64,000 nt of DNA from an uncultured beta proteobacterium (GCA_963834335.1 CAWIBK010000002.1:1661525-1725524), one strand, 5' to 3'; counted from the first letter of the stretch, positions 46,951 to 60,260 are shown. Translations and numbers: made by a program. Notes: generated from the letters alone by a model not told the origin.

Positions 46951-47739
46951 TCAGGGAGCTGTTCTTTCCTCGCTCTCTTCGTCGTCCGGCGCACGGCTGT
47001 GTGCGGTGAGGAAACCGGCCAGGTAGATGCCGAACTCGTAGAGCAGGATGAGCGGGATCGCCAGCATGAACTGCGAGAGCACGTCCGGTGGCGTCAGGAT
47101 CGCGGCGACGACAAAGGCACCGACAAAGACGTAGCGGCGGGCCTGACGCAACTGCGCCTGCGTCACCATGCCCAGCTTGACCAGCAGCATTTCGACCACC
47201 GGCACCTCGAAGGTGAGACCGAAGCCGAAGAAGATGGCCAAGGTGAAGTCCCAGTAGCGCTGCAAGTCCTGCATCACGTCCGCGCCGGTGCGCTCGGCGA
47301 AGGCGAAAAAGAACGTGTAGGCTGCAGGCAGCACGAAGAAGTACGCGAAGGAAATGCCCAGCAGAAGAAAGAACACCGAAGAAACGATCAACGGCAGCGC
47401 GAAGCGACGCTCGTGGGCATACAACCCGGGAGCGACGAATGCCCAGGCCTGGTAGAGAATCCAGGGCAACGACGCGAGGATCGCAGCCAGGAAAGCGATC
47501 TTGGTCAGGGTGAAGAAGGCGCCCTCGCCCGCGATGAACACCGCCTTGGAGCCCGGCGGCAGCGCCGCGTTCAATGGCAAGGCCAGGATCCGCATGATGT
47601 CCGGGGCAAAGTAGAAACAGACGCCGAACATCAGGAAGACGACCACCAGGGACTGCACCACGCGGTTGCGCAGTTCGATGAGGTGCGAAACGAAGCCCTC
47701 GTCTTCGCTGGGCGTGTTCTTTCTGCCGAAGCCGAACAT
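46951..47739 (-). CDS. tatC: Twin-arginine translocase subunit TatC
   Basis: SHLIELR, FVAPGLY..E, FEVP, TPPD. Confidence 0.96.
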   Translation of the reverse strand: MFGFGRKNTPSEDEGFVSHLIELRNRVVQSLVVVFLMFGVCFYFAPDIMRILALPLNAALPPGSKAVFIAGEGAFFTLTKIAFLAAILASLPWILYQAWAFVAPGLYAHERRFALPLIVSSVFFLLLGISFAYFFVLPAAYTFFFAFAERTGADVMQDLQRYWDFTLAIFFGFGLTFEVPVVEMLLVKLGMVTQAQLRQARRYVFVGAFVVAAILTPPDVLSQFMLAIPLILLYEFGIYLAGFLTAHSRAPDDEESEERTAP

Positions 47740-48185
47740 CAGCGAATCACCGGCCGGCGGGGCCGCTTGAAGCCGCGCTCACGCTCACGTTCGATCCGGC
47801 GCTCCTTGAGGCGTTCGCGGGAGCGCCGGACGGCATAGATCTCATCCCAGTTGGTCACCGGCTCCGTCGCGGCCTTGCTGCCCGCGTCCCCGGCATCCTC
47901 CAGCGACTGCTGCATCGAATCGAACGAACTCTTCGCGTCGGTCATGGCGCCGCCGACACTTCCTTCGATCGAGCGGGCGGCCTCCTCCACGTCCTTCTTG
48001 AGGTCGCGCAGTTCGGACAATTCGATCTGGCGGTTGAAGTCCGACTTCACGTCGTCGACATAGCGCCGCAACTTGGTGACCCAGTTGCCCGCCTGGCGCG
48101 CCACCTTCGGAAGGCGCTCGGGGCCGATCACCACCAGGGCGGCAATGGCCACGATCAGCATCTCCATGAAGCTGATGTCGAACAT
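47739..48185 (-). CDS. tatB: Twin-arginine translocase subunit TatB
   Basis: MFDISFME...VIGPERLP. Confidence 0.95.
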   Translation of the reverse strand: MFDISFMEMLIVAIAALVVIGPERLPKVARQAGNWVTKLRRYVDDVKSDFNRQIELSELRDLKKDVEEAARSIEGSVGGAMTDAKSSFDSMQQSLEDAGDAGSKAATEPVTNWDEIYAVRRSRERLKERRIERERERGFKRPRRPVIR

Positions 48186-48382
48186 TCAGGACAGCCGGGA
48201 AACCATCGGAAGGGTGATCGTGACGGATTCAGTAGGGGTTGAGGGGGGCGATGAGGCGGGTCGGGGCCGGGAGCGTGCGGTCAGGGTACCGGGACCAGCG
48301 CACCGGGTGCCGGCACAGACGAAACGAGCGGCTGCACGCCGCTCGTATGCCGCGCCGCCGGCGTGCGCCTGGCTGCGCCGGT

Positions 48383-48592
48383 TCAGACCTTGGGCTTGGC
48401 TTCGACGTCTATCGTCTTGGCGTCCTGCTGAGAACCCTCGGAATTGCTGGCGCTGCCTTCCTTCACGCCCTCCTTGAAGCCCTTCACCGCGCCACCGAGG
48501 TCAGCACCGATATTCTTCAGCTTCTTGGTGCCGAACACCAGCATCACGATCACCAGCACAATCAGCCAGTGCCAAATGCTCAATGATCCCAT
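48383..48592 (-). CDS. tatA: Twin-arginine translocase subunit TatA
   Basis: [12 protein letters not shown]...FGTKKL...GFK. Confidence 0.96.
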   Translation of the reverse strand: MGSLSIWHWLIVLVIVMLVFGTKKLKNIGADLGGAVKGFKEGVKEGSASNSEGSQQDAKTIDVEAKPKV

Positions 48593-48663
48593 TTCGTCTG
48601 CTCCCGGAGTCTTGGGCGACCTGCACCCGATCAGTCGGGCAACGGACGCGCGTTTCGGTGACG

Positions 48664-49026
48664 TCAGCGACCGGACCGCAGGGGTTCGGGGCCGCCCATC
48701 ACATGTATGTGAAGATGATACACCTCCTGCCGGCCCACCCGACCGTTGTTGACCACGGCCCGGAAGCCATCGTCACACCCCTGTTCACGCGCCAGGCGTC
48801 CAACGATACCGAAAAGCTTGCCGAGCAGCGGCGCCTGATCGAGGTCGGCGTCGTAGAGGTTCACCAGGTGCGTCTTGGGGACGATCAGGAAATGCACCGG
48901 CGCCGCCGGATTGATGTCGTGGAAGGCGATGATCTCCTCGTCCTCGAACACCTTCTTGCAGGGGATCTCGCCGCGGGCGATCCGGCAGAAGAGACAGTCC
49001 TTTTCCTGATGCATGGCCTGGTCCAT
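48664..49026 (-). CDS. Histidine triad (HIT) nucleotide-binding protein
   Basis: CLFCRI, DINP.APVH, HLHIH. Confidence 0.95.
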   Translation of the reverse strand: MDQAMHQEKDCLFCRIARGEIPCKKVFEDEEIIAFHDINPAAPVHFLIVPKTHLVNLYDADLDQAPLLGKLFGIVGRLAREQGCDDGFRAVVNNGRVGRQEVYHLHIHVMGGPEPLRSGR

Positions 49027-49029
49027 TGA

Positions 49030-49356
49030 TCAATCCCGATTCTTGCGCAGGGCCTTTTCATCCAGACCGGACAGACCCTCGCGCCGTTCCAGTTCCGCAA
49101 TGACGTCCTCCGGCCGCAAGCCATAGTGTGCCAGCATCACCAGAGTATGGAACCAGAGATCGGCGGTCTCGGCCACGATCTGCGCCGCGACGCCGTCCTT
49201 GGCCGCCATCACGGTCTCGGTCGCTTCCTCCCCGATCTTCTTGAGGATCGCATCCTCGCCCTTGCTCAGCAGGCGGGCGACATAACTGCGCTCCGGATCC
49301 GCGCTGCGGCGTGATTCGATCGTGTCGGCCAGCCGTGCGAGGGAAGATTCGGCCAT
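49030..49356 (-). CDS. hisE: Phosphoribosyl-ATP pyrophosphatase
   Basis: [23 protein letters not shown]; start at ATG 49356. Confidence 0.95.
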   Translation of the reverse strand: MAESSLARLADTIESRRSADPERSYVARLLSKGEDAILKKIGEEATETVMAAKDGVAAQIVAETADLWFHTLVMLAHYGLRPEDVIAELERREGLSGLDEKALRKNRD

Positions 49357-49793
49357 CAGGGTTTCCGGTAAAGGGTGGCGGGGTCGGTCAGTACCGGGTC
49401 GACGGCGACCCAGCGCTGGTCCTCGAGCCGGTTGAAAAAACAGCTGTGGCGGCCGGTATGGCAGGCGACACCCCCCGCCTGCTCCACCTTGAGCAGGACC
49501 ACGTCGCCGTCGCAGTCGGTGCGGATCTCGCGCACGCTCTGGACGTTGCCGGACTCCTCGCCCTTGCGCCAGAGCTTGCCGCGGGACCGCGACCAATAGA
49601 CCGCGCGACCGGTGCGGGCAGTCTCTTCCAGTGCCGGCCGGTTCATCCAGGCCACCATCAGGATGCGTTGCGTCAGCACTTCCTGGGCGATGGCGGTGAT
49701 CAGACCGCGATCGTCGAAGCGCAATTCGTCCAGCCAGTTGCCACCAGGCATTTCCGGTGGTGCGGGTGGGGAGGATGCGGCGCCGCTCATCAC
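49356..49793 (-). CDS. hisI: Phosphoribosyl-AMP cyclohydrolase
   Basis: [27 protein letters not shown]. Confidence 0.96.
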   Translation of the reverse strand: MMSGAASSPPAPPEMPGGNWLDELRFDDRGLITAIAQEVLTQRILMVAWMNRPALEETARTGRAVYWSRSRGKLWRKGEESGNVQSVREIRTDCDGDVVLLKVEQAGGVACHTGRHSCFFNRLEDQRWVAVDPVLTDPATLYRKP

Positions 49794-50581
49794 GGCACCG
49801 GCCGAACGGGGATACCCCGCTGCGCCATCACCTGCTTGGCCTGGGCCACCGTGAACTCGCCGAAGTGGAAGATGCTGGCCGCGAGCACCGCGTCCGCGCC
49901 GCCCTCGGTGACGCCATCGGCAAGATCCTCCAGGCAGCCGACGCCGCCTGAGGCAATCACCGGCACCGGCACGGCGTCGGCCACCTCCCGGGTCAGGGCC
50001 AGGTCGAACCCTTCCCGGGTGCCGTCACGATCCATGCTGGTCAGCAGGATCTCGCCGGCGCCCAGTTCCACCACGCGGCGCGCCCAGTCGATCACGTCAA
50101 GCCCGGTAGGGGTGCGGCCACCGTGGGTAAAGACCTGCCACCGCCCGGGCGCCGAGCGCTTGGCGTCGATCGCGCACACGATGCACTGGGCACCGTAGCG
50201 CGCCGACGCGTCGGCAATCAGCTGCGGGCTCTCGATGCCGGCGGTGTTGATCGACACCTTGTCGGCGCCGGCATTGAGCAGCCGGCGGATGTCCGCGACG
50301 GCGCGCACGCCTCCGCCGACCGTCAAGGGGATGAACACCTGGTTGGCGACCGCCTCGATGATGTGCAGGATGATGTCGCGCCGGTCCGAGGACGCGGTGA
50401 TATCCAGGAAGGTCAGTTCGTCAGCGCCCTCACCGTCGTAGCGACGGGCAATCTCGACCGGGTCGCCGGCGTCGCGCAGCGCCACGAAGTTCACACCCTT
50501 GACGACCCGCCCGTCCGTCACGTCCAGGCAGGGAATGATCCGCTTGGTCAGGCCGGAAAGGCTGGCGGGCGGGCTAGACAA
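49790..50581 (-). CDS. hisF: Imidazole glycerol phosphate synthase cyclase subunit
   Basis: [33 protein letters not shown]; start uncertain (TTG 50581). Confidence 0.95.
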   Translation of the reverse strand: MSSPPASLSGLTKRIIPCLDVTDGRVVKGVNFVALRDAGDPVEIARRYDGEGADELTFLDITASSDRRDIILHIIEAVANQVFIPLTVGGGVRAVADIRRLLNAGADKVSINTAGIESPQLIADASARYGAQCIVCAIDAKRSAPGRWQVFTHGGRTPTGLDVIDWARRVVELGAGEILLTSMDRDGTREGFDLALTREVADAVPVPVIASGGVGCLEDLADGVTEGGADAVLAASIFHFGEFTVAQAKQVMAQRGIPVRPVP

Positions 50582-51308
50582 CGCCGGTTCGTCCGAGCGC
50601 AGCCGTGAAGTCCAGTGTTCCCTCATAGAGCGACCGGCCGAGGATGACCCCGTCGATGCCCTCGGACTCCACCGCCAGGAGCTTGTCGATGTCGTCGAGG
50701 TCGGTGACCCCGCCCGAGGCGTACACCGGCACGCTCACCGCTTTGGCCAGCTTGACGGTGGCCTCGATGTTCACGCCGGTGAGCATGCCGTCGCGGCCGA
50801 TGTCGGTGTAGATGATGCCCTCGATGCCATAGCCCTCGAACTTGCGCGCCAGGTCGGTGACGTCGTGGCGGGTGAGCTTGCTCCAGCCGTCCGTGGCGAC
50901 CTTGCCGTCGCGGGCATCGAGGCCGACGATGACCTGCCCCGGGAAGGCATTGCACGCATCGTGCAGGAATCCCGGGCTTTTCACCGCCGCGGTGCCGATG
51001 ATCACGTAGCTGACGCCGCTGTCCAGATAGCGTTCGATCGTTTCCAGCGACCGGATGCCGCCGCCGAGTTGCACCGGCACCTCGGCCCCGACCGCTTCGA
51101 CGATCGCCCGGATGATGGCCGCGTTCTGCGGCTTGCCGGCCACCGCGCCGTCCAGATCCACCAGATGGATGCGTTCGGCACCCAGGCCGAGCCAGTGCCG
51201 TGCCACCGCCTCGGGGTCTTCGGAAAAGACCGTCTCGTCTGCGAGATTGCCTTGCTTGAGGCGGACACAACGCCCGTTCTTCAGATCGATCGCTGGAATC
51301 AACAACAT
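50574..51308 (-). CDS. hisA: ProFAR isomerase
   Basis: [29 protein letters not shown]. Confidence 0.96.
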   Translation of the reverse strand: MLLIPAIDLKNGRCVRLKQGNLADETVFSEDPEAVARHWLGLGAERIHLVDLDGAVAGKPQNAAIIRAIVEAVGAEVPVQLGGGIRSLETIERYLDSGVSYVIIGTAAVKSPGFLHDACNAFPGQVIVGLDARDGKVATDGWSKLTRHDVTDLARKFEGYGIEGIIYTDIGRDGMLTGVNIEATVKLAKAVSVPVYASGGVTDLDDIDKLLAVESEGIDGVILGRSLYEGTLDFTAALGRTGVV

Positions 51309-51332
51309 GGATTTGCCGCGGTGATCAGCCGG

Positions 51333-51977
51333 TCAAGGCTGCCAGTGGATGAAATTCTCGTAGAGGCGCAATCCGCTCGCCGCGCTCTTCTCGGGGTGGA
51401 ACTGTGTGGCGAAAATGTTATCGTGGGCTACCGCGCTGGTAAAGCCCAGACCGTACGGTGTCCGTCCCGCTTCAATGGAACTGTCGGCGGGTACGACATA
51501 GTAGCTGTGCACGAAGTAAAAATAGTCGTCCTGGTCGATGCCGGCCCAGATCGGATGAGGCTTCGTCTGCAGCACCCGGTTCCAACCCATGTGCGGCACT
51601 TTCAGGCGCTCTGGCCCGGCCCCGTGGCCTGCCGGGTCGAAGCGCACCACCTCGCCCTTGAGGACGCCGAGGCCGGCGGTGTCACCCTCCGCACTGCGCT
51701 CGAACAGCATCTGCTCGCCGACGCAGACGCCGAATAGCGGTTTGGTGGCCGCCGCGTGCAGGATCGCCTCGGTCAGTCCGCTCGCGGCAAGGTAGCGCAT
51801 GCAGTCGGGCATGGCCCCCTGCCCCGGGAAGACCACGCGATCGGCCTGCCGGATGACGGCGGCGTCACCGGTGATCGTGACCCGCGACTTGGGACTGACG
51901 TGCTCGAGCGCCTTCGCCACGGAGCGCAGGTTTCCCATTCCGTAGTCGACCACGGCAATCGATCGGCTAGCCGACAT
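51333..51977 (-). CDS. hisH: Imidazole glycerol phosphate synthase glutaminase subunit
   Basis: [27 protein letters not shown]. Confidence 0.96.
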   Translation of the reverse strand: MSASRSIAVVDYGMGNLRSVAKALEHVSPKSRVTITGDAAVIRQADRVVFPGQGAMPDCMRYLAASGLTEAILHAAATKPLFGVCVGEQMLFERSAEGDTAGLGVLKGEVVRFDPAGHGAGPERLKVPHMGWNRVLQTKPHPIWAGIDQDDYFYFVHSYYVVPADSSIEAGRTPYGLGFTSAVAHDNIFATQFHPEKSAASGLRLYENFIHWQP

Positions 51978-51996
51978 GGTCCGTTGCCGTCGCTTG

Positions 51997-52590
51997 TCAG
52001 CCGCTCAGGCTGCCCTTGGTGGAGGGGATCGACTGCCCGGCGCGGGGATCGAATTCCGCGGCCATGCGCAACGCGCGTCCGAACGCCTTGAAGATCGTTT
52101 CGCACTGATGGTGCGCATTGTCGCCGCGCAGGTTGTCGATATGCACCGTCATCTGCGCGTGGTTGACCAGCCCCTGGAAGAATTCATGGGCGAGGTCGAC
52201 ATCGAACTGCCCGATCATCGCGCGGGTGAACTGAACGTGCCACTGCAACCCAGGGCGGCCCGAGAAATCGACGACCACCCGCGACAGCGCTTCATCCAGC
52301 GGTACGTACGCGTGACCGTAGCGGCGCACACCCCGCTTGTCGCCGATCGCCTTGGCCAGCGCCTGGCCAAGGGTGATACCGATGTCCTCAACCGTGTGAT
52401 GGGCATCGATATGCAGGTCTCCGCTCGCCTCGACCTCCAGATCCACCAGGCCATGACGGGCGATCTGGTCGAGCATGTGATCGAGGAACGGCACGCCGCT
52501 GGCAAGCCGGGCCACGCCGGTGCCATCCAGGTTCAGGCTGGCACGAATCCTGGTCTCTGCGGTGTTTCGGGTGACTTCGGCGCTGCGCAT
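51997..52590 (-). CDS. hisB: Imidazoleglycerol-phosphate dehydratase
   Basis: [27 protein letters not shown]; start at ATG 52590. Confidence 0.96.
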   Translation of the reverse strand: MRSAEVTRNTAETRIRASLNLDGTGVARLASGVPFLDHMLDQIARHGLVDLEVEASGDLHIDAHHTVEDIGITLGQALAKAIGDKRGVRRYGHAYVPLDEALSRVVVDFSGRPGLQWHVQFTRAMIGQFDVDLAHEFFQGLVNHAQMTVHIDNLRGDNAHHQCETIFKAFGRALRMAAEFDPRAGQSIPSTKGSLSG

Positions 52591-52672
52591 GGGTGAAGGG
52601 CTGTAAGACAGCGGACGGTTGCTTCGGCTCCGGTGCTCCGGAGGTATCGACTGCTTCAGGCTGACGGTGGAC

Positions 52673-55123
52673 TCAGGACGCCGCGAGGGACAGGGCCTGG
52701 CGCAAGGCGAGCAGCATCTGCCGGTTCTCATCTGGCGTACCGACGGTCAGCCTGAGGCAATTGTGCAGCATCGGGTGCATTCTACCGACGTCCTTGATCA
52801 GCACCCCGGATTCCCGCATCCGCGCGGCGACCGCGGTGCCCCGTGCGGCGGCTGCCTGCGGCTCCGGCGAGCCGGCATCGGCCACGCGCACCAGCACGAA
52901 ATTCGCCTGCGACGGGAACACCTGCGCCAACCCATCGCCGCCGATCAGGCCGTCCAGGCTGGCCAGCAGGCGCTCGCGCTCGTCCCGGATCAGCTGCGCC
53001 TGCGCCTGGAACAACTCGGCATGCTCGAGTGCGAAAACGGCCGCCGCTTCGTTGAGTACCCCGACGTTGTAAGGTGGTCGGACCTTCTCGAGCTGATCGA
53101 TCCAGTCGACCGACGCGGCCAGGTAACCGAGGCGCACGCCGGCCAGGCCGAGCTTGGACACCGTGCGCATGACAGCCAGGTTCGGGAATTCCGCAAGCCT
53201 CGGCATCCAGCTGTCGGGCGCGAACGGCTGGTAGGCCTCGTCCAGAACCACCAGGCCCGGCGAGCACCGGAGGATGGTCTCGATCGCGGCACGGGAAAAG
53301 CAGTTGCCGGTGGGGTTGTTGGGATAGGCCAGGAAGACCAGCGCCGGCTGGTGCTGCGCGATCGCAGCCAGCATCGCATCGAGGTCGAGCTGCAGCCCGG
53401 CGTCCAGATCCACGCCGACGTACTTCATGCCGGCGAATCGGGCGGACATCCCGTACATCACGAACGACGGCTGCGGCGCGAGCACGGTCGCGCCCGGCTG
53501 ATTGAGCAGGGTGACCAGCATCGATATCAGTTCATCCGAACCATTGCCCAGCACCAGCCCGGCCTGGGACGGCACGCCGAAGCGCTGCCGGATCATGGTC
53601 TTGAGTCCGGCGTAGGCCGGTACCGGATAGCGGTTGAGTGCGACCTCGGCGAGACGCCGGCCGAGCGCCTCCTGCAACTCGGGCGGCAGGCCGTAGGGAT
53701 TCTCCATGGCATCGAGCTTGACCATGCCGGCCGAATCCGGGACGTGGTAACTGGCCATCTGCCGGATTTCGCCGCGGACCAGGCCCTCGGCCGCGGACGC
53801 CGGAGTGGGGTCGCTCCGCTGCGGCTCGAGGCGATACTCGGCGCTGCGGGCGTGCGCCTCCAGCCCTTCCCCCCGGGCAAGCACGACTGCGATCCGGCCT
53901 AGCGACTGCGCGCCCGCCTGCGACACGTCGATCAGGCTCGAGCGCTTCTGGAAATCCGGCACGCCGAGCGGCGAGGAGAAACGCGGCGTGCGCATGGTGG
54001 GCAGGACGTGGCTCGGGCCGGCGCAGTAGTCACCCAGCGACTCGGATGAATAACGACCCAGGAAAATGGCGCCGGCATGGCGGATCCCGGCCAGCAGGGG
54101 CTGCGGATCCCGGATCGCCAGTTCCAGGTGTTCCGGTGCGACCCGGTTGACCAGGTCGACTGCCTGCGCCAGGTGGTTGACCCGGATCAGCGCGCCTCGA
54201 TCGGCCAGCGAGCGGGCGATGACCCCCTTGCGTGGCATCTGCTGCAACTGGCGTGCGATCGACTGGGCGACCGCCTCCAGGAAGCCCGCATCGTCCGATA
54301 TCAGGATCGCCTGGGCCATCTCGTCGTGCTCGGCCTGCGAAAACAGGTCCATTGCCACCCAGTCCGCCGGCACCGAGCCGTCACTGACCACCAGAATCTC
54401 GGAGGGACCGGCGATCATGTCGATGCCGACCGTGCCGAAGACCTCACGCTTGGCCAGGGCGACATAGGCATTGCCGGGGCCGACGATCTTGTCGACCGCG
54501 CGGATCGACGCGGTGCCGTAGGCCAACGCGGCCACTGCGTGGGCGCCGCCGATGGTGTAGACCTCATCGATGCCCGCCAGGCTCGCCGCGGCCAGCACCA
54601 TCGGGTTGCGCGTGCCGTCCGGCGTCGGCACGACCATGGCCAGTTCCCGCACGCCGGCGACGCGGGCCGGGATGGCGTTCATCAGCACCGACGACGGATA
54701 GGCGGCCTTGCCGCCCGGCACATAAAGACCGACCCGATCGATCGGCAAGACGCGCTGGCCAAGCCGGGTTCCGTCTGCTTCCGTGTACGACCAGGAGTCC
54801 GTCTTCTGGCGTTCGTGGTAGCGGCGGATGCGGGCCGCGGCCGACTGCAGCGCCGCCCGCTCGGCTTCTGGCAGGGACTGCAAGGCCGCCTGCAGTTCGG
54901 ACGGGTCCAGGCGCAGGAGCGACGCCTGCGCGCAATCGTACCTGTCGAAGCGGCGGGTGTAGTCGAGCAATGCTTCATCGCCACGCCGGCGGACGTCGGC
55001 GATGATGGCCTTCACCGCCTGTTCGATGCCGCTGTCCTGTTCCGGCTCCCAGGCCAGCAGCGCGGCGAGCCGAGCGTCGAATCCGGCCTCGTCGATGTCG
55101 AGCCGGTTGATCAGGGGCTTCAC
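52673..55123 (-). CDS. hisD-hisC: Histidinol dehydrogenase fused in frame to histidinol-phosphate aminotransferase (816 aa as sequenced)
   Basis: HisD motifs [35 protein letters not shown] followed without a stop by HisC motifs [29 protein letters not shown]; GTG 55123 overlaps the hisG stop. Confidence 0.85.
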   Translation of the reverse strand: MKPLINRLDIDEAGFDARLAALLAWEPEQDSGIEQAVKAIIADVRRRGDEALLDYTRRFDRYDCAQASLLRLDPSELQAALQSLPEAERAALQSAAARIRRYHERQKTDSWSYTEADGTRLGQRVLPIDRVGLYVPGGKAAYPSSVLMNAIPARVAGVRELAMVVPTPDGTRNPMVLAAASLAGIDEVYTIGGAHAVAALAYGTASIRAVDKIVGPGNAYVALAKREVFGTVGIDMIAGPSEILVVSDGSVPADWVAMDLFSQAEHDEMAQAILISDDAGFLEAVAQSIARQLQQMPRKGVIARSLADRGALIRVNHLAQAVDLVNRVAPEHLELAIRDPQPLLAGIRHAGAIFLGRYSSESLGDYCAGPSHVLPTMRTPRFSSPLGVPDFQKRSSLIDVSQAGAQSLGRIAVVLARGEGLEAHARSAEYRLEPQRSDPTPASAAEGLVRGEIRQMASYHVPDSAGMVKLDAMENPYGLPPELQEALGRRLAEVALNRYPVPAYAGLKTMIRQRFGVPSQAGLVLGNGSDELISMLVTLLNQPGATVLAPQPSFVMYGMSARFAGMKYVGVDLDAGLQLDLDAMLAAIAQHQPALVFLAYPNNPTGNCFSRAAIETILRCSPGLVVLDEAYQPFAPDSWMPRLAEFPNLAVMRTVSKLGLAGVRLGYLAASVDWIDQLEKVRPPYNVGVLNEAAAVFALEHAELFQAQAQLIRDERERLLASLDGLIGGDGLAQVFPSQANFVLVRVADAGSPEPQAAAARGTAVAARMRESGVLIKDVGRMHPMLHNCLRLTVGTPDENRQMLLALRQALSLAAS

Positions 55124-55785
55124 GATGCCGCCATCGGGGCCGCGGCAGCCTGCTCGAGCGCGGCGATCAGGGGCGCCAGCAGCGCCTGGTGCATCTTGAG
55201 GGCCGCCTGGTTGACGATCAGGCGGGCCGAGATCGGCATGATGTCCTCGACTTCCACCAGGTTGTTCGCCTTCAGCGTGCTGCCGGTCGAGACCACATCC
55301 ACGATGGCGTCCGCCAGGCCTACCAGCGGCGCCAACTCCATCGAACCGTACAGCTTGATGAGGTCGATATGCACCCCCTTGCGCGCGAAATGCCGCGACG
55401 CCACGCTGACGTACTTGGTGGCGATGCGCAGTCGCTGGCCGCGCCGGACGGCGTTGTCGTAGTCGAATCCCGTTGGCGCTGCAACGCACATCCGGCAGCG
55501 GCCGATGCCGAGGTCCACCGGCTGATAAAGGCCCTCCCCGCCATGTTCCAGCATGACGTCCTTGCCGGCGATGCCGAGGTCGGCAGCGCCGTGCTGCACG
55601 TAGGTCGGCACGTCGGTGGCGCGCACGATCAGCAGGCGCAGGTTGGGATCGCCGGTGGGCAGGATCAGCTTGCGCGAATCGGCCAGGCTGGTGTCGATCA
55701 GGATGCCGCAACGCTGCAGCAGGCCGGCAGTGTCATCCAGGATCCTGCCCTTGGACAAGGCGAGGGTCAGCATGGACGCTTGCAC
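55120..55785 (-). CDS. hisG: ATP phosphoribosyltransferase, short form (HisZ-dependent)
   Basis: [32 protein letters not shown]; lacks the C-terminal regulatory domain. Confidence 0.96.
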   Translation of the reverse strand: MQASMLTLALSKGRILDDTAGLLQRCGILIDTSLADSRKLILPTGDPNLRLLIVRATDVPTYVQHGAADLGIAGKDVMLEHGGEGLYQPVDLGIGRCRMCVAAPTGFDYDNAVRRGQRLRIATKYVSVASRHFARKGVHIDLIKLYGSMELAPLVGLADAIVDVVSTGSTLKANNLVEVEDIMPISARLIVNQAALKMHQALLAPLIAALEQAAAAPMAAS

Positions 55786-55789
55786 CGGC

Positions 55790-57371
<1,582 letters not shown>

Positions 57372-57469
57372 TGCTCTCCATGCAGGTTGAACGACAGCTT
57401 CCGGCCGCGCTGCGACGCAGTCCGGTCGGCTTGTCCGATTGTACCGGCAACCCGCCGGCGGGCCGCCGA

Positions 57470-58225
57470 TCAGGCCCTGAGCTTGTAGCCCGACCGGAGC
57501 ATCTGCAGCGCGACGCCGGCCACCACCAGCCAGGCGACGCCGACGATGCCCAGGGACAGCCAGGGAGAAACGTCCGACTGACCGAAAAACCCGAACCGGA
57601 AGCCGTCGACCATGTAGAAGAACGGATTGAGATGCGACAGGGCCTGCCAGAACGCGGGCAGGGAATAGACCGAATAGAACACACCGGACAGGAAGGTCAG
57701 CGGCATGATGACGAAGTTCTGGAAAGCCGCGATCTGGTCGAACTTGTCCGCCCAGATCCCGCCGATCAGGCCGAGGGTGCCCAGGATCGCACTACCCAGC
57801 AGCGCGAAGATCAGCGCCCAGAGCGGATGCTCGAAATGGGTCTCGAAGAAGGCCATGGTGACCAGGAACACCCCGAGCCCGACCACCAGGCCCCGCACCA
57901 CCGAGGCCAGTACATAGCCCGTGTACAGCGTCAGCGGCCGGATGGGGGGCAGCAGGACGAAGACGATGTTGCCGGTGATCTTGCTCTGGATCATCGACGA
58001 GGAGGTGTTCGCGAAGGCGTTCTGCAGGACCGACATCATCACCAGCCCGGGGATCAGGAACGAGGTGTAGCTCACCCCCTCGAAGACCTCGACCCTGCCC
58101 TTGAGCGCATGCGAGAAGATCAGCAGGTACAGGAGGGCCGTCATGACCGGCGCCGCCACGGTCTGGACGCCCACTTTCCAGAAGCGCAGCAGCTCCTTGT
58201 AGAACAGCGTACGGAATCCGTCCAT
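57470..58225 (-). CDS. ABC-2 type permease (YadH-like)
   Basis: LFYKELLRF, FLIPGLVMM, PLTFLSGVFYS, NPFFYMVDGFR. Confidence 0.93.
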   Translation of the reverse strand: MDGFRTLFYKELLRFWKVGVQTVAAPVMTALLYLLIFSHALKGRVEVFEGVSYTSFLIPGLVMMSVLQNAFANTSSSMIQSKITGNIVFVLLPPIRPLTLYTGYVLASVVRGLVVGLGVFLVTMAFFETHFEHPLWALIFALLGSAILGTLGLIGGIWADKFDQIAAFQNFVIMPLTFLSGVFYSVYSLPAFWQALSHLNPFFYMVDGFRFGFFGQSDVSPWLSLGIVGVAWLVVAGVALQMLRSGYKLRA

Positions 58226-58229
58226 GGCG

Positions 58230-59135
58230 TCAGGCCTCGTTCATCACGTTGAGGAAGACGTCTTCCAGGTCGGTATGGGCGATCTCCATCTCGTCGATGG
58301 TGCAGCCCGCCTCCCGCAAGGTCGCCAGGATGCCCTCGACTTCATCGTAGCTGTCGATATTCAGTCGCAGGCGCGCGTCGTCGGGAGGACCGGGGAGCAC
58401 CCGCTGCTGAAGCGACTCCGGCAGCGGCGCAGCCGACAGCGTCAGCACCAGGGCGCCGGCAGCGAAGCGCCTGAGCAGGTTGGCCGTGCGATCGAGCGCG
58501 ACGATGCGTCCGGACTTCAGCATGGCGACCCGCTCGCACAGGGCTTGCGCCTCCTCGAGGTAATGGGTGGTCAGCACGATGGTGTGACCGTCGTCGTTGA
58601 GGCGCTGGATGAAGGCCCACAGCGATTGGCGCAACTCCACGTCGACCCCCGCTGTCGGCTCATCCAGCACGATGACCGGCGGACGGTGCACGAGGGCCTG
58701 GGCCACCAGCACCCGCCGCTTCATGCCGCCGGAGAGCGCGCGCATGTTCGCCTTGGCCTTGCTGGCCAGCCCGAGGCCGTCCAGAATCTCGTCGATCCAG
58801 CGATCGTTGTTCTTGACGCCGTAGTAGCCGGACGAGATCTGCAGGGTCTCGCGAACCGAGAAGAACGGATCGAAGACCAGTTCCTGGGGCACCACGCCGA
58901 GCAGCTTTCTCGCCTGCCGGTAGTCGCCCACCACGTCGTGGCCCATCACCTTGACCGACCCGCTGCTGGCGCGGGCCAGACCCGCGATGATCGAAATCAG
59001 GGTGGTCTTGCCGGCGCCGTTGGGCCCCAGCAAGGCGAAGAACTCCCCTTCTTCGATCTGCAGGGACACCCCTTTGAGCGCCTGCAGCGCACCATATCGC
59101 TTGGTGACGGAATCGATATCGATAGCGACCGGCAT
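58230..59135 (-). CDS. ABC transporter ATPase (YadG-like)
   Basis: GPNGAGKTT, LSGGMKRR, LDEPTAGVD, TTHYLEE. Confidence 0.95.
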   Translation of the reverse strand: MPVAIDIDSVTKRYGALQALKGVSLQIEEGEFFALLGPNGAGKTTLISIIAGLARASSGSVKVMGHDVVGDYRQARKLLGVVPQELVFDPFFSVRETLQISSGYYGVKNNDRWIDEILDGLGLASKAKANMRALSGGMKRRVLVAQALVHRPPVIVLDEPTAGVDVELRQSLWAFIQRLNDDGHTIVLTTHYLEEAQALCERVAMLKSGRIVALDRTANLLRRFAAGALVLTLSAAPLPESLQQRVLPGPPDDARLRLNIDSYDEVEGILATLREAGCTIDEMEIAHTDLEDVFLNVMNEA

Positions 59136-59170
59136 GGGCCTCCTTCAACGGCTCGCCTTCACGAGCCCAT

Positions 59171-59210
59171 AAAATGCAAGGCCGCCGGACCCGCATGGAG
59201 TCTGGCGGCG
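59171..59210 (-). terminator. Possible hairpin/terminator after the mla operon
   Basis: GCCGCCGGAC-N9-GTCTGGCGGC stem; weak T-tract on the minus strand. Confidence 0.35.
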
Positions 59211-59261
59211 CTGTGATCCACGATCTTCGATGGCAGCCGGACCGCAGCCCGCTGTACTACG

Positions 59262-59621
59262 TCAGCCGGCGGTGCCTCGCCTCTGGACGGCGTCCCCGAA
59301 CAGCAGGCCGGCCACCCCGTACAACTCCGCCAGTTCCTGAAGTTTTGCCGGCGGGTTCAGCAGCACCAGTGGCGGTGATGTCCCGCCGGACTCCCCGCTG
59401 GACTCGCCGCCGGACTCCCCGCCGGCCGCGACTGCCTGCAGGCTGCGCTCCAGTTGCAGCAGCAACGACAGGGCGGACGAGTCGAAAACCGTCAGTGGCG
59501 CCAGATCCAGCGTCGACGGTTCGGTCGCCGTGCCGGCGCCCGCCAGTGCCTCGGTCAGCGACGCCAGCATCGCCGTGGCGTTGTCGACGTCGATCCGCTC
59601 AGGGACAGTCAGCGCCACCAT
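59262..59621 (-). CDS. mlaB: STAS-domain protein MlaB
   Basis: LDLAPLTVFDSSALSLLL, LAELYGV; last gene of the mla operon; start at ATG 59621. Confidence 0.85.
   Translation of the reverse strand: MVALTVPERIDVDNATAMLASLTEALAGAGTATEPSTLDLAPLTVFDSSALSLLLQLERSLQAVAAGGESGGESSGESGGTSPPLVLLNPPAKLQELAELYGVAGLLFGDAVQRRGTAG
59383..59424. repeat. About 3.5 copies of a 12-bp unit encoding a (G/S)GES insert in MlaB
   Basis: ccgccggactcc-like unit at 59383, 59395, 59407 and 59419 (partial). Confidence 0.75.
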
Positions 59622-59632
59622 GCCCGACCCGA

Positions 59633-60260
59633 TCAGGACTTGACCTTGACCGCGAAGGAACTGTTCTTGTCCGCCAGGCTCTTGATCAGGCCGTCGATGC
59701 CACCCGCCGAGATCTCCTGGGCGAACTGGTTGCGGTAGGTCTGCACGAGCCAGACGCCCAGCACGTTCACGTCGTAGATCTTCCACGACTTGTCCGCCTG
59801 CTCGAGCCGGTAGTCCAACTGGATCGGCTCGCCCCGGGTCTGCACGATCTCGCTTCGAACCACCACTTCCTCGTCCGACGCATTGCCGCGGAACGGCTTC
59901 ATCCGGATGCTCTGGTCCCGTACCGCGGTGAAGGCGTTGGAGTAGGTGCGCAGCAGCAGAATCCGGAATTCCTTCATCAGCTGCTTCTTCTGCTCGGGCG
60001 TGGCTTCGCGCCAGGCACGTCCGACCGACAGGGCGGTCATGCGTTCGAAGTTCACGTGAGGCATCAGCGTGGTGTCCACCAGTTCGCTGACCCGGCGCAG
60101 GTCGCCCGCCTGGACTGCTCGAATCAGTCTTGAGCTGCTGGATGACCTTGCCGGACAGGTCCTCGATGAACTTGTCCGGGGCGGACTGAGCCGAAGCGCC
60201 GGTGGCCGCAAACATTGCAAAGACGAGAGCCGACACGAATGCCAGAACCTTGATTTTCAT
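59633..60260 (-). CDS. mlaC: Phospholipid-binding periplasmic protein MlaC; +1 frameshift near 60122
   Basis: Signal peptide and APDKFI (ORF 60260) continue as FERMT, LLRTY, WKIYDV.V.GV...YRNQF in the shifted frame. Confidence 0.88.

Noticed and set aside
48186-48382. About 200-bp gap between tatA and tatB as a possible sRNA or small gene
   Set aside because: GC-rich with no recognisable RNA family, terminator or credible ORF; cannot be supported
46951-48592. Functional link between tatABC and the Tat substrates in the accessory arm
   Set aside because: tatABC after the his operon is ordinary betaproteobacterial synteny; the proximity is coincidental
55124-55711. N-terminal 196-aa extension of the 1012-aa ORF suggesting a hisG-hisD-hisC triple fusion
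   Set aside because: It is an out-of-frame overlap of hisG; hisG ends at 55120 and hisD begins at the overlapping GTG 55123
59262-60260. 332-aa ORF suggesting a signal-peptide-STAS or MlaC-MlaB fusion
   Set aside because: Created by the mlaC frameshift near 60122; MlaB has its own ATG at 59621
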